Shown here piece after piece: positions 25,752-37,245 of a DNA stretch of 64,000 nt (its first letter is position 1; each line of letters starts with the position of its first letter). The notes under the pieces are model-generated. The model did no database searches. It saw only the letters and a list, made by a program, of their open reading frames with translations, and had not been told where the DNA came from. The position numbers and the translations under genes were made by a program. The DNA comes from Cenococcum geophilum. Lineage: Eukaryota. Location: positions 1,364,001 through 1,428,000 of the forward strand of contig CP158636.1 of the NCBI GenBank assembly GCA_050273025.1, read 5' to 3'.

Positions 25752-27794
25752 CGGAGGATTGCGCGAAAATAGATTTCTCCTTCCTTTTTGGGAAAAGCGC
25801 GGTTTTGGTGCCAAGACCCCACCAAAAATACCAAATTTTTGACTTCAAGCTTGTAAACAGCAACTCTAATCTACTCACTCAATCGCTTGCAATATCCTCT
25901 ATACGTCTTCTACGCTTTCCTGAGCCCAAAATGCCTTACTACGGCCTTGTAACGAGAGCGCAGGCCGTAGTAATAAGGGCTCTAGGTACTCCTCTAAAAG
26001 CGATCGCTTAAGTTACCGGAATTAGCACTAAACATATCGGCAACCTGCTAAAAAGGGCAGTAGAGAATGGCTGGCATGTAGATTGGGTCCTCCTTAATGA
26101 CTACCTTAAGGATAAGCCCGGCCAAGGGCGTAAGAAAAAGATTACTCCTGATCTTAAGCAAAAAGTTATTAACGCCGTCACGTACGATCGTTACGGACGT
26201 GAAAAAAGTACTAGAAGGATTGCTCGCGAAATAGGCCTATCTCTATCGTCTGTTTAAGTTATACTTAAAAAGTACAGCTACCGTAAAATAAAGCCAATAA
26301 GGAAGCCTGGATTAACTACAGCTATAAAGAGCGAACGATACAAGTTTGTATTGGCCTACCGTTATTGGACCTTAGAAGATTGGAAGGCTGTGATTTGGTT
26401 AGATGAGACGAGTATCGTTTTAGGCTACCGTTGAGGGGGCTATCGGGTATGGCGATGTCCTTACGAGGCTTGTGTACGCAGCTGTGTACGAGAACGATGG
26501 AAGGGGTACTCCGAGTTTATGTTTTGGGGTTGCTTTATATACAACTTTAAAGGTCCTTGTTATATTTAGAAGCCTTAAACAAAAAAAAAATTAGATAAAT
26601 TAAAATTAATTATTAAGATCTGGAATTAAGCTCTAGAGCTAGAGGTATATAAGGCTTAGAAGAAATAATAAGACGCTAAAAGAAGAGTATATAAACTATG
26701 TTATAAGAGGTGCATAAGCGGAGCATATGCCAAGTGGAAGTTTATAATATCGTACGGAGCTTTTACTTAATTAGATGGAGGTGGAATTAACTAGTGGCGA
26801 TATTTAACAAATATCCTAATACTAAAACTTCTTCCGTTCGCCTAAAGCCTTACGTGCTTAAATCCTAATATAATCGTATAGGAAGATAAGGCTACTTCTT
26901 ATGTTGCAAAGATTTATTAAACCTACTTTGACGCCTGCGAGATTTAACGTCTTCTTTGGCTAGGTAATTCGCCTAATTTAAATATAATTGAGCCCTGTTG
27001 GGGTTACCTAAAACGGGTTACTATAAAAAGGGGCCTACCTACTTCTCGTGCAGCTACAGAGAAGGCTTGGCTTAGAGCTTGGCAAGATCTTAAGCAGTGG
27101 CGAATTCAATAGTGGATTAAGAGGATCCCTTGCTATATTTAAAAGATTATAGAACTTAAAGGAGGCAATGATTATAGAGAGGGAGCAGAGGAGAGGTAGC
27201 GAAGTCGGAAGCAGCTCCGTAAGGCAGCCAATTATAAGCTTCCTACGATCGTTGAGGTACTTTAAATGGGCTACGAGACGTTGCGCAATCACTGTGGTTT
27301 GCCTAACGCCTATCTATAATTCTTCCTTCCTACGCAAAGCCGTAAGGAAATTGAGGAAATTATAGAGGAAGAGTGGCAAAAATTAGTTGATATAATTGTT
27401 CCAAATCCACGTTAAAATAGTTAAGGCCCTGGCTTAATTGTAGATTAATAGCTCTATAATTAAAAACGCTAAAGGAACAATCGTAATTAGGTAGTTAAAC
27501 GGGTAGAGAGCCAGGTAGAGAGCCAGGTAGAAAGCTAGGTAGAAAGTTAAGAGCAGCGGAGGCAGTTAAGGCCTCGAAAACCTCGAAAGCCTATAGAATA
27601 TAAGGTGCGATGGAACGAGGTAAATCACGTGAATGTCCAGCGGTAAAACACTATAATTTAGAAGCTATATAGGTGATATATTAGTATCAAAAGCTTCAAT
27701 TAAGTTGACTGAGCTGATTTTTGGTGGGGTCTTGGCACCAAAACCGCGCTTTTCTCAAAAAGGAAGGAGAAATCTATTTTCGCGCAATCCTCCG
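25752..27794 (+). mobile_element. Tc1/mariner DNA transposon (DD34E), RIPed
   Basis: ~76-bp TIRs (CGGAGGATTGCGCGAAAATAG...); TA TSD at 25750-25751 and 27795-27796; transposase ATG 25931; W.DETS ~26396; ED at ~26882 followed 34 residues later by the E of W.GNSP.LN.IEPCW. Confidence 0.95.
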
Positions 27795-28262
27795 TACAAA
27801 TGAATATATTGTACGCGATAATCGCGGTTTAGCGATGGGTATCGATTATTGAAAAAAAACGCTCAGGGGAATATTTCCTAAATGAATAGCAATAGTATAT
27901 CTATAGGTACATTTATATGGCTGAATCAGCAGCTGAGTCACGATTACGCGGGCGAGGAGGTCCGTGCGTTTAGCGACTATAGATATTACCCCATATCCAC
28001 AGTCGATTTTTGATCGCCAGTAACGCTATACTCTTAATACCCGTCAAGCGCTATGCGTAGAGCCTGCTGAGCGCTTTCTACTCGCACTAGAATGGTAAGA
28101 ATCGGCCGTAGGTTAATAAAGATATTCGCGTTTTAAGTTACGCGCCACCACCCTAAAGCACCCTATTAAACTTATACGGCACCAAAATGAGCCCCTAGGG
28201 GGCTATAGACAAAGGTTTTAATAGAGGACCTTTTAGTATCTTATTAGAAGTTATATATATAA

Positions 28263-31200
28263 CTATTTTAAAGCCTTTCTACCCGCTTAAAGCCGTTTAT
28301 AAAGCTAATCTAGTAAGTACTATATTTGCTTCTGCCGTAGATTAACCTACTATATAGCCGCTTCCTCGCTAACCTTCTAGACCTACATAACCCGCTTAAT
28401 CTCCTTAATAACCTTAAGCCGTAGGGAGTACTATTAAACCTCCTTTTGCTGGCTAGCCCGCTATCTACTACCTTATTTAAAATTTAGCGCTGCTATAAAA
28501 GGATTACCTTCTAGCCCTTTGGTTTACTTACGCTAAAGGGCCCATATAGAGTTTACCGCGCGGCTTATATAGTATATAGGTAGAGACCCAGATCTAGGCT
28601 CTAGCTACAGCTACGGCTGCGGCTATTATAGTAGTGGTAGTAGCGAAGCTATATAGGAAGAAGAGCCTATAGCGCTTGCCTAGGCGGATATATATCTACT
28701 AAATCCCGTAATAGATAGAGCTAAAGGGGCTACTTTTATAGGTGGACGTGGGGGGTTAGTAAACCGGCCCTAAGGCCATACCGTAGCTGCTATTGCAGCT
28801 ATAGCTAAAGGGGCTTTTAGTTAAAATGTAAGGCCTTCGGACGTTAGTAATTAAAGCTATAAAGACTAGGCTTACTAGGACTTATCTAGATAGTTTAATA
28901 AGCCCTTAACCTTGCTAGCTATCTACTTATATTTAGCGTATAAAGCCTTTAGTTAGTTAGTAAGGAGTAATATAGCCTAGTAGAGAATTAATAACTAATT
29001 TAGGCTCCCCTCTTCCTATAGGTAGGGCTCTAAATCCTATATAAAGGCCTTATACGCCTTATACTGGAAAATAGGGTGGCTCTATACTGGATAGCTTAAG
29101 AATATCTTATAAAGGGCTACTAAGTCCTATAAAATAACCTTACGGAGGTAAAAGAGAAGGTTTATAACCCCTATAGTAGTAAGGTTATTAATCTAATATA
29201 GCTACGGGCCAAAACAGCCCTTTTATTTGTCTAGTTCGGGCCATATTATTAATAGCAGTATATTAGGCGGCGTAATACCTATATAGCGGATTTCAAAGCA
29301 GCCTATCTATAAGGGGTGCCCTACTATTAACCTTATAAACTCTTATAAGAGAGAGTTTAAGTAATAGCCTACTATCTGCTCTTAGTTCTACCTCCTAGTA
29401 CGCTAAATCTAACCCCCTTTAGCTCTGCCGTTTTAGTGCCGGCGCTCCGCCTAATATGCGTCTTCTTCTCTAAAAAGACGCCAATATACTAGAAGGCCTT
29501 TACGACCTAATCTCGCTATAAGTTATATAAGAGGGCCGCCTCGCGGTCCCTACCGCCCTTAATTAGGCGTATATTGTACTATACTAAGCGCCTACTAAAG
29601 TCCGGAAACGGCTCCGTACTAAGATCCTAGCAGTATAGGAGATAGAAAGCTAGCCCGCTAAGCATATAAATAAACAGCTTCCTATTCCGTAGAACCCTAA
29701 TAGTCTTAAGGCGGCCGTGCTAGTTCTACTTACCTACGCGTGTAGTGAATATTAAGGGCATATAGCGCGTAGGGCCTTTACCCTTAAACTTAAAGGTAAA
29801 TAGATCTGAGATCTCGGCGGAGCGTCTGTTGCCGCCGTAGGTAAGCATATAATGGCCTAGTAGGATATTAATAAGCGTGCGGAAGTAGCACTCTAGGGAT
29901 AAGGCGGCGCCCCTAGCCTAGAGCTTACGGTAGACGCTTTAGAACTTATCCTCGGTATAGCCGTTAAGGAGGGTATCTCTACCCTTATCGGCGAACTGCT
30001 CTTTCTCACGCTGCGCGTCCCTCCGCTATAACGTCTTTAGGTACTGTAAGGGTACTTTTGGTCCCTTACTCGGCTACATCCCGGGAGCTCTTAGGGGCTG
30101 CCAAGGCTAGCCTTCGGCTAGGCCTTGGCCACCCCTTATAAACTCCTCGGGCTTGCAGCCTCCTTCCTCCCCCATCGGTTCGTCTCTCTGTACTCAGGCT
30201 ATTGCCTACCCTCATTACCATATCGTCCTCTTCCATCGACTCCCTATGTGACTCATGCTCGGCTTGCCTGCTCCCTACCGTACACCCTGGCAATACTGCC
30301 TTACATTCGAACCGATCCTACACCCTTGCGGGTGGTAGCCTGCAGCAAGCCGAGGGCTGCGCCCTCGAGCAAAATCACGATCCTCCATTTTTACCTAGGA
30401 CGATCGCGTTCACTGCGACACAGCAGGTACACCAGCAGACGCCTGGCAGATCGCATCCGCATAACGGTGTTGGAATACGGATCAGGTCCTCTACCTTTAC
30501 CTAGGACGATCACGTATGCTGCAGAGCAGCTACACCAGCAGACGCCTGGCAGATCGCATCCGTATATTATGGTGGTAGATACGGATTAGGAGAAAAAAGG
30601 AATTCTTAATCCTTTCCCTCTTACCTAGGCTGATTAGTTTACTGCAATAAGCAGGTATACTAGCAGATATCTAGGATCGCGTCCGCTAATAACGGTTATG
30701 GAATACGGATTAGAGAAGGGAGACCAGATTGGACGCGATTACCTCCCAAGGAGACTGGTAACGCTCTCTAGGCTAACCGCGGTTTACTCGCGATAGAGGT
30801 CCCACCAACAGAGATTGGAAGGTTGAACGTCCTTAAAAGAGATGCAAAGAGCTACGGCTCTTAGATCGTTCGCGATCGCTTAAGGGCTACGGCCCGACCC
30901 GGAGACTCTCCGGCTGTCAGCCTGAGGGCTGCCGAGACTAAATCGTAGGCGATTGTCTCTCAGAGCTACGGCTCACCTCGAGCTACGGCTTAAAGATCCT
31001 ATACGATCGCTCAAGGGCTACGGCCTAACCCGGAGACTCTCCGGTTGTCAGCCATAGAGCTGCCGAGACTAAATCGCAGGCGATTGTCTCTTAGAGCTAC
31101 GGCTCGCCTTAGAGCTACGGCTCACCTTGAGCTTCGGCTTAAAGATCCTACGCGATTAAGCTTGCAAACACTCTATGGCTAACCGCGGTTCACTCGCTAC

Positions 31201-33138
31201 AGAGGTCCCACCAACAGAGATTGGAAGGTTGAACGTCCTTAAAGAGATGCAGCTACCCTGGAGGCTATCCGATTGCGATTTAATGGCTATCCGAAGAACT
31301 GACGGCTAGTTTTTAAAGCTATAGCTACTACCATGCGCTTCTAGATTAAATGCAATTAAGGGCTACTGCCTAATTAGCTAAAGAGCTGCCGAGACTAAAC
31401 CGTAGGCGGTTGTCTCTTATTAAGCTACGGCTTACCTCAAGAGCTACAGCTTGCCCAAGAGAATGGCGGCGGCTTAAAGATCCTACGTGATCGACCCGGA
31501 GACTCTCCGGCTGTCAGCCATAGGGCTGCCGAGACCTAATCGCAGGGCGATTGTCTCTTAGAGCTACAGCTTGCCCAAAAGATATGGCAGCAGCTTAAAG
31601 ATCGTACGCGATCATCTTTCTGCAAGGCTTCGGTCGCTCCAAGAGCTCTAGCTTGCATCAAGAGCTATAGCTTGCCCAAGAGAATGGCAGCAGCTCAAAG
31701 ATCCTACGAGATCTCTTCTTATTGCCAATATTACTCCGTAATAACAGTGTAATTCAGAAGGAAGGAAACACGCGTATGAGCTATTTTAGCTATCACTTCC
31801 TTACAAAAACTGATTGCGCGGCCGGGGGAAGGCAATTAAGACGTCAATTTAAAGTCTCTAAAAGAGCTACGTCTTACAAAGATCGTACGCGATCTCTTAG
31901 CAAAGCTTTGGTTGCTCCAAGAGCTCCAGCTTGCTTCAAAAGCTCACAAGACCCTATTACGGTTAAATATCGACATCTCTCCGAACCCCTTCCGGGACGA
32001 GCCCTCTATAATCTCCCGCTACCGCAAGGTAGAGGGGGCTGACCGCAAGAAGGGGGGGGAATGTAAGGGATATTCTTGCGATCAAGCCGGCTCCAAGTGG
32101 AGACTATCTGGCTGTCAGCCATAGAGCTGCCGAGACTTAATCGCAGGCGATTGTCTCTTCAAGACTGATCGTATACGATCAAGTCTTACCCCACCAGCAG
32201 ACGCTCTTTTCCTACCTAAAATAGGCCCTTTTTCCCACTGGGTTTTGGCCATAGGTTAAGGTTTTTATCGAGGCTGCTTGGCTGGTCCTTTTCCCCCATT
32301 TCTTTATTCCCCTGTATAAGCAAGGCTTCTGCACTGCTTACCCTTCTGTATATAGAATCAATCTATTGGGATACGGGCTGGGGGCCAGCCCTAACCAAGG
32401 GGGGGGCAATGTAAGGGTACTTTTGGTCCCTTACTGGCTGCATCGCCTAGGAGCTCTTAGGGGTAGCCAAGGCCTAGCCGAAGGCTAGGCTTGGCACCTC
32501 CTTATAAGCTCCTCAGGCTTGCAGCCCTTCCCTCCTCATCGGTTCGTCTCTGTACTCAGGCTATTGCCTACCCTCATTACCATATCGTCCTCTTCCATCG
32601 ACTCCCTATGTGACTCATGCTCGGCTTGCCTGCTCCCTACCGTACACCCTGGCAATACTGCCTTACAGGTACTCCCTAACGCTATCCTCCCGCGGAAACA
32701 GGTGGCTGTTTATTTTTATAGCTTTCTATATCCAATAGAGGTCCGTTAGAGCGGTAATATAGCCGCGAACTAACCGCCACAAAAGCCGCGTTTCCTCTTA
32801 AGGTACGTTAATATCGGCTTTACAGCTCTTCCCTTTTAAGGGCTGGCTTGCAACCTCCTTAACGAGGAAAAGAAGTAGCTTATCCTCCGTAATGGTATTG
32901 CTGTTATAGTACTACTTCCGTTTATAGAAGGCCTAAAGCCGAACGACGCGTTAGCCATAGGCCGCGATACTTTTAGGAGGGGGGGGGGTATTACCTTAAA
33001 CTCCTTCTGCTTTGGATCGTACGTTAAAGACGTGTTCTTAGGCCTTGCGGCACGCGTAAGGGCAAGGACATACTACGCGTTAGCGCGTAATTCGGCATTA
33101 TTGGCGATATTAATCTCTACGCGGTTAGTCAGCGCCAT
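28263..33138 (-). mobile_element. Crypton-type tyrosine-recombinase transposon gene (Ndc10-II-like plus C-terminal Gcr1_C-like domain), RIPed, interrupted at 30045-32667
   Basis: Exon 1 33138-32995 (MALTNRV...RPKNTSLTYDPKQKEFK); intron 32994-32933 (GTAAT...GCTAAC...TAG); motifs EDKLLLFL, FADKGRDTLL.GY, LAFYLLY.WDL..EPFPDFS, KKTHIGRSAG, GRW, IWPELD; C-terminal region resembles Gcr1_C. Element termini not resolved (~27900 to ~33400). Confidence 0.85.
30045..32667 (+). mobile_element. Non-coding, non-autonomous LTR element (TRIM/LARD-like) with internal structured repeat arrays
   Basis: LTRs 30045-30305 and 32410-32667 (TGTAAGG...CCTTACA); TSD GGTAC at 30040-30044 and 32668-32672; G-rich PPT before the 3' LTR; no gag/pol motifs. 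Confidence 0.92.
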
Positions 33139-33565
33139 CTTATATAGTAGGTATAATAGCAGACATGCTGCCGCGATTAAGGATAGGCAGGGAGGACTTT
33201 TTTATATACACTTGGGGCCTCAATGGCCCTAATTACCCTACGGTCGGCGTCGATCAGCGGCTCGATCAGCAGGTGGCCCTGGATACGCGAATCTCCTCAG
33301 CTTGGCGCTGGTGGCGCTGAGGAGATCCTCGAATCTGACCCAGGTGGCTGGCTGAACACGTGATTTTTCGGCTGACCGAGGATCAGCCGGGCAGTCAATA
33401 CCAACGAATCAAATCCTCCGGGAAACTGGCTAGCCCCCTCCTAGTCTGTTTCATTAACCGAAAAGCAACGAGTCCGTGCATCTCAAATTTTCATGCTCAA
33501 ACCCAGATCGTCCAACTCCAATACAAACTGTTTGTGCGTAGCATCATTGCTGGCCCAATATTCTT

Positions 33566-34654
33566 CTAACCAACAGGAATTTTGGAGCGGTCCCCACCCT
33601 TGCGAATCCACTCTTCTTCAATGACTGTGTCCCGCGCGTTGTAGATTAACTTGTAAGCTGTGCGGATTGTGCCATCGCTCACATCCACCGCTAATCCTAT
33701 CTCCTTTGGCGTGCGCGGTTGACCCATAAGGTGTGCAATCAGGTAAATACATGCGCCAGTAATGGACAATGGGGATCGACCAGCAGCAACGCCAAGAGCA
33801 GTAACACGGTTTGCTGCATCTTGCGCAATGATGCCGATGTAATTCGACAGATTGAGCTTGTTGCATGCGCGGCCAATGAGCTCAGAAGCCTCAGTAGATT
33901 TCGTGATTTTATAGGCGCCATTGTTCATGACAGCACCGCTGCCCGAAATCATAGGTCCTTCACGAATCTTGTTGGAGAGGAATTTCTCCAGTGCTTTGAA
34001 TGTGCGCCCAATCTCCTTTTTGGTGACGTTGGTTAACTTGAAAACCTCGCGGAAGGACCGAGGGACATCATTCTGTCGGCATGCAATGAAGATGCAGCCA
34101 GCAATTATGGCGTCTTGCGACTTGCCCTTGAAGAGCTTCGCATCATCCGTCATTTTGAAGAGATGTTTTGCTGTATCCGCGACTATATGCGGGATCTGCG
34201 CAGATTCACATAGGGTTCCAATCTGCTTGTAAGCAGCGAGAAGTGTCTTCGTGCCCTTGTCATGTGTAGACTTGTTTTGAGCTCTGTGTAAGTCACGGCT
34301 GCGGATATTGCCATCACCAAACGATATCTCAGTCTGCAGCTGAGAGCCGTTGAGTAGAGGATTCGCGGCTTCTCCAACACGAGAAGGGTCATCGTTTCCT
34401 TGATCATCGTTGGAGAACGTTCGCCACTCAGATCGAGTATCGATGATGCGGTCCGCTAGAACCCGGCCGCACGAAGCGCAAACTGTGTCACCAGAAGAGA
34501 ACTCTTCGACCAAGTTTGGTGGAAATTCTTTGCAGTCCGGACACATCAAAGTGACGTTGAGATCCTCTTGCCATTCCTGGGGTTTGACAGGCTCAGAAAC
34601 TTCGTTATAAACCTCTCCTGGCGAGAGCACACGGCCGTCCGGAGCAGTAGCCAT
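33566..34654 (-). CDS. SUA7: Transcription initiation factor IIB (362 aa, single exon)
   Basis: Zinc ribbon CPDC...CASCG, B-reader DTRSEWRTFSNDD...DPSRVG, two cyclin repeats (KGKS..AIIAGCIFIACRQ; AGRSPLSITGACIY). ATG at 34654. Confidence 0.97.
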   Translation of the reverse strand: MATAPDGRVLSPGEVYNEVSEPVKPQEWQEDLNVTLMCPDCKEFPPNLVEEFSSGDTVCASCGRVLADRIIDTRSEWRTFSNDDQGNDDPSRVGEAANPLLNGSQLQTEISFGDGNIRSRDLHRAQNKSTHDKGTKTLLAAYKQIGTLCESAQIPHIVADTAKHLFKMTDDAKLFKGKSQDAIIAGCIFIACRQNDVPRSFREVFKLTNVTKKEIGRTFKALEKFLSNKIREGPMISGSGAVMNNGAYKITKSTEASELIGRACNKLNLSNYIGIIAQDAANRVTALGVAAGRSPLSITGACIYLIAHLMGQPRTPKEIGLAVDVSDGTIRTAYKLIYNARDTVIEEEWIRKGGDRSKIPVG

Positions 34655-35304
34655 GACTGCGAATGCGAGCGCAGAGGAGAGTAAGGTCGGACGATCTGGC
34701 AAGATGTCTAGATGGGGACGATCGGCCAAGTGGAGTTGCTTGGGTGGAGGTAGACAGGAGATGAGGCTTTGAAGGCTTTCAGCAGTTTGCCACAGAGAGC
34801 GGTATGATCGTTAAGTGGGCGGCAAAGTCTGGAGAGAAGAGAGATTGAGGCGGGAGAAGCCTGAAAAATCGCTTCTCTGTTAGTCAGTGACTAGCGAGAG
34901 CAAAACATACTATTATTGTGCTATTGTTCAATGAATCTATAACAGTTGGTGCATCCCAACAGCGCGAAATGAAGTTGAAGTGAAAGCGTCGCCCCAGTAC
35001 CTCTTTGTCACTCAGAGCGGTTAGTAATACATGAAACACGGACGATCTAGTTTAACGAGCGGCGTTTCGACACTGGACTGCAAGGCACGGATTTCAGAGT
35101 GAAGTGTCGAGGTCGTGGTGAAGATGAAGGTGAAGAAGGACAAAGGCTGCCTTCGATGACTGATTTGAAGCTGAGGCTGAAGCAGAGTCAGATGGCGCCA
35201 TTCCGCTTTCGGCGTGCGGCTCTGAAAACCTCAAGCATGCCGAAACCTTATGACCGGGAAGGTCTCATCGTCTGCTCTACACCAACCACGTCCTCTCCAA
35301 CACA
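34655..35304. promoter_or_regulatory. Probable bidirectional promoter region of SUA7 and ATP14
   Basis: 650 bp between divergent start codons. Confidence 0.6.
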
Positions 35305-35794
35305 ATGCTTGCTCAATCTCTCAGGGCCTCGGTAAGCATCAATTGGGTCTGTTATGCTTACGCTATCTGACAATACCTCGCAGCGCCAGTCGCTCGTCCG
35401 CGTTGCCCGGCAGCGACATGCCGTAGTTTCGCGTCGTTCCTTCATCGCACCCACCGCTGTCCGGCAAGGTAAACCATCTCTCAGAGCCTCCGTTGCAGTA
35501 ATCACTAACTCGATTACCTTTTTGGCAGCCGATTTGGTCCAGGAAATGTACCTCCGCGAGTTGAAGAACTACAAGCCACCCCAAGTTAAACAAACGGATG
35601 CCGAGGGCCACGTCCAAAAATTCAACATGCCTAAACCTCCACCATCACCCGAAGAGAGTGACATCGCGAACGAGCTAAAAACATACGAGACCCAGCAGGT
35701 TGATATTGAGGGTCAATCGAGTGAAGGAGGCTCGGCCGTGGTGGAGGAAGATTGGTTTGAGGAGGAGGAGGATGAAGCTCACGCTGTTCACTAG
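35305..35794 (+). CDS. ATP14: Mitochondrial F1F0 ATP synthase subunit h (125 aa; exons 35305-35331, 35384-35468, 35529-35794)
   Basis: Arg-rich presequence, DLVQEMYLRELKNYKP, AEGHVQKF..P..P.SPEE, acidic tail EEDWFEEE. Two GT-AG introns with CTGAC/CTAAC branch sites; frame is preserved on splicing. Confidence 0.93.
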
Positions 35795-37245
35795 ACTGCA
35801 GTATTTATATCATCAACTACCTGTAAAATTTCCTATCAATTGCATCAATATCAATTGAGCGTTAAGCTACTGCTGAATAGGAGCCTATTCATGTGCCCGA
35901 TCTCAAACTGTGCAACCCCAGTTGTGCTAAGATTAGCTGACCAATATCTGGCTGAGTTTATATTGCATTGTTCCAGCTGTAATAGCTGCCGTTAAGTCTT
36001 GGGACAAGCCTTACGTGTTTCATCATGCCAACCAACTAGGTTTTTCTAACTTTGGTGGGATAGGGAGAGCTCCACTGCTCTAGTAAGCCTCTCTACATGA
36101 TGCTCAATTCGCGGACCTTAGCATAATTCTTCACTGCGTAGGTCGGCAGTCTCGTCATGCATACTTATCGCAGCCTCTTCGGGTGTCCAGTGCATCGGAA
36201 CCAAGCGGAGTGGAGGCGGCGATGTGCAGCAGAGGCCTCGTCATCTCAAACCACTGCATGCTGCGAAAGAAACTCTCGGTGTGCAGTACAGTCACAAAAC
36301 ACAGCTGGATGAGGAAAGACGGGTATCCCTCCATCGAATCTACTTCGACGATTTGAAACAGTCTAGCTTTTTTATCAGTGCGTACCTATCGAATGCTTCT
36401 TGTTTCGTCCAAGGGCTGTTCGCACGAACACCTTCTGCACTAGCTCGGATTACCTGATGATGCATATTACACCCATGCGCGATAAGCTAGCCTGTAATTG
36501 AGGATCAGAGGATGGATTTTGGCAGATCTGCTGGACACAGCAAATAAGATGGGTGTCGGTTACGTTGCTTTGTGGAGCATGCCCACTCTTGAGTACGTGA
36601 AATTCCGCGCAAGACTTGTGGTTATATTCAGACGGCTGCTGGCGGAGGTTTCTCAACTACTCCTCCAGCTTGCGTCCATGCCCGTGGCGTGATTCTCCAG
36701 CTCTCGACAACATTTTCATGGTGGTAGTGAGCGGCTCCATTGGCCCCATAAGCCCCATGAAAAGCAGCCGAACCGACCCTAAAGATCACCGTCGCCTCAC
36801 GCCTTCAACAGCCGCCACTGCATGCAGCCCACCAAAAATAAACTTCAAGCAACCCCTGCCCAGCAATCCTTGCAGCGCTCAACGTCGTCCCGCTCTGCCC
36901 AGTCTGCGACAGTCGAGGAGCCTCCCTGATTCAAACCAGTCAATCCTGCGGAAATCAGTCAACGCCTGCTAAGGACCGCTGCTGAGGCGTGTCAACGTCA
37001 GTCGTTACCACCTTTGGTCAATTGTTTCTACTCCACCCGTTTGTCCACGAACACCCGCCACGTAAAGCACTAGCCCCGACTACAATTCTTCCCGCCGTCT
37101 CCTATCTGCTGGGCTATTGTGTGAACATACAACCTCGACTACCCCTCCAGCCTGATCGAGAAACCATGAGACACTAGCGGTAGACGATTCCTCTCAGTGT
37201 TCTAGCAACCCATGGAGCAAGACCCATTGTATAAATCTATTCATT

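Noticed and set aside
30772..30847. Twister-like words (TAA...GTCCC...AAG) in repeat unit C
   Set aside because: The required P2 and pseudoknot partners are missing.
30391..32160. CRISPR-like look of interspersed palindromic repeats
   Set aside because: Eukaryotic LTR element, irregular spacing, the intervening sequences are themselves repeats, and there are no cas genes.
34655..34729. Longer TFIIB N-terminus in the ORF track
   Set aside because: It starts at TTG; the first ATG (34654) gives a normal-length protein.
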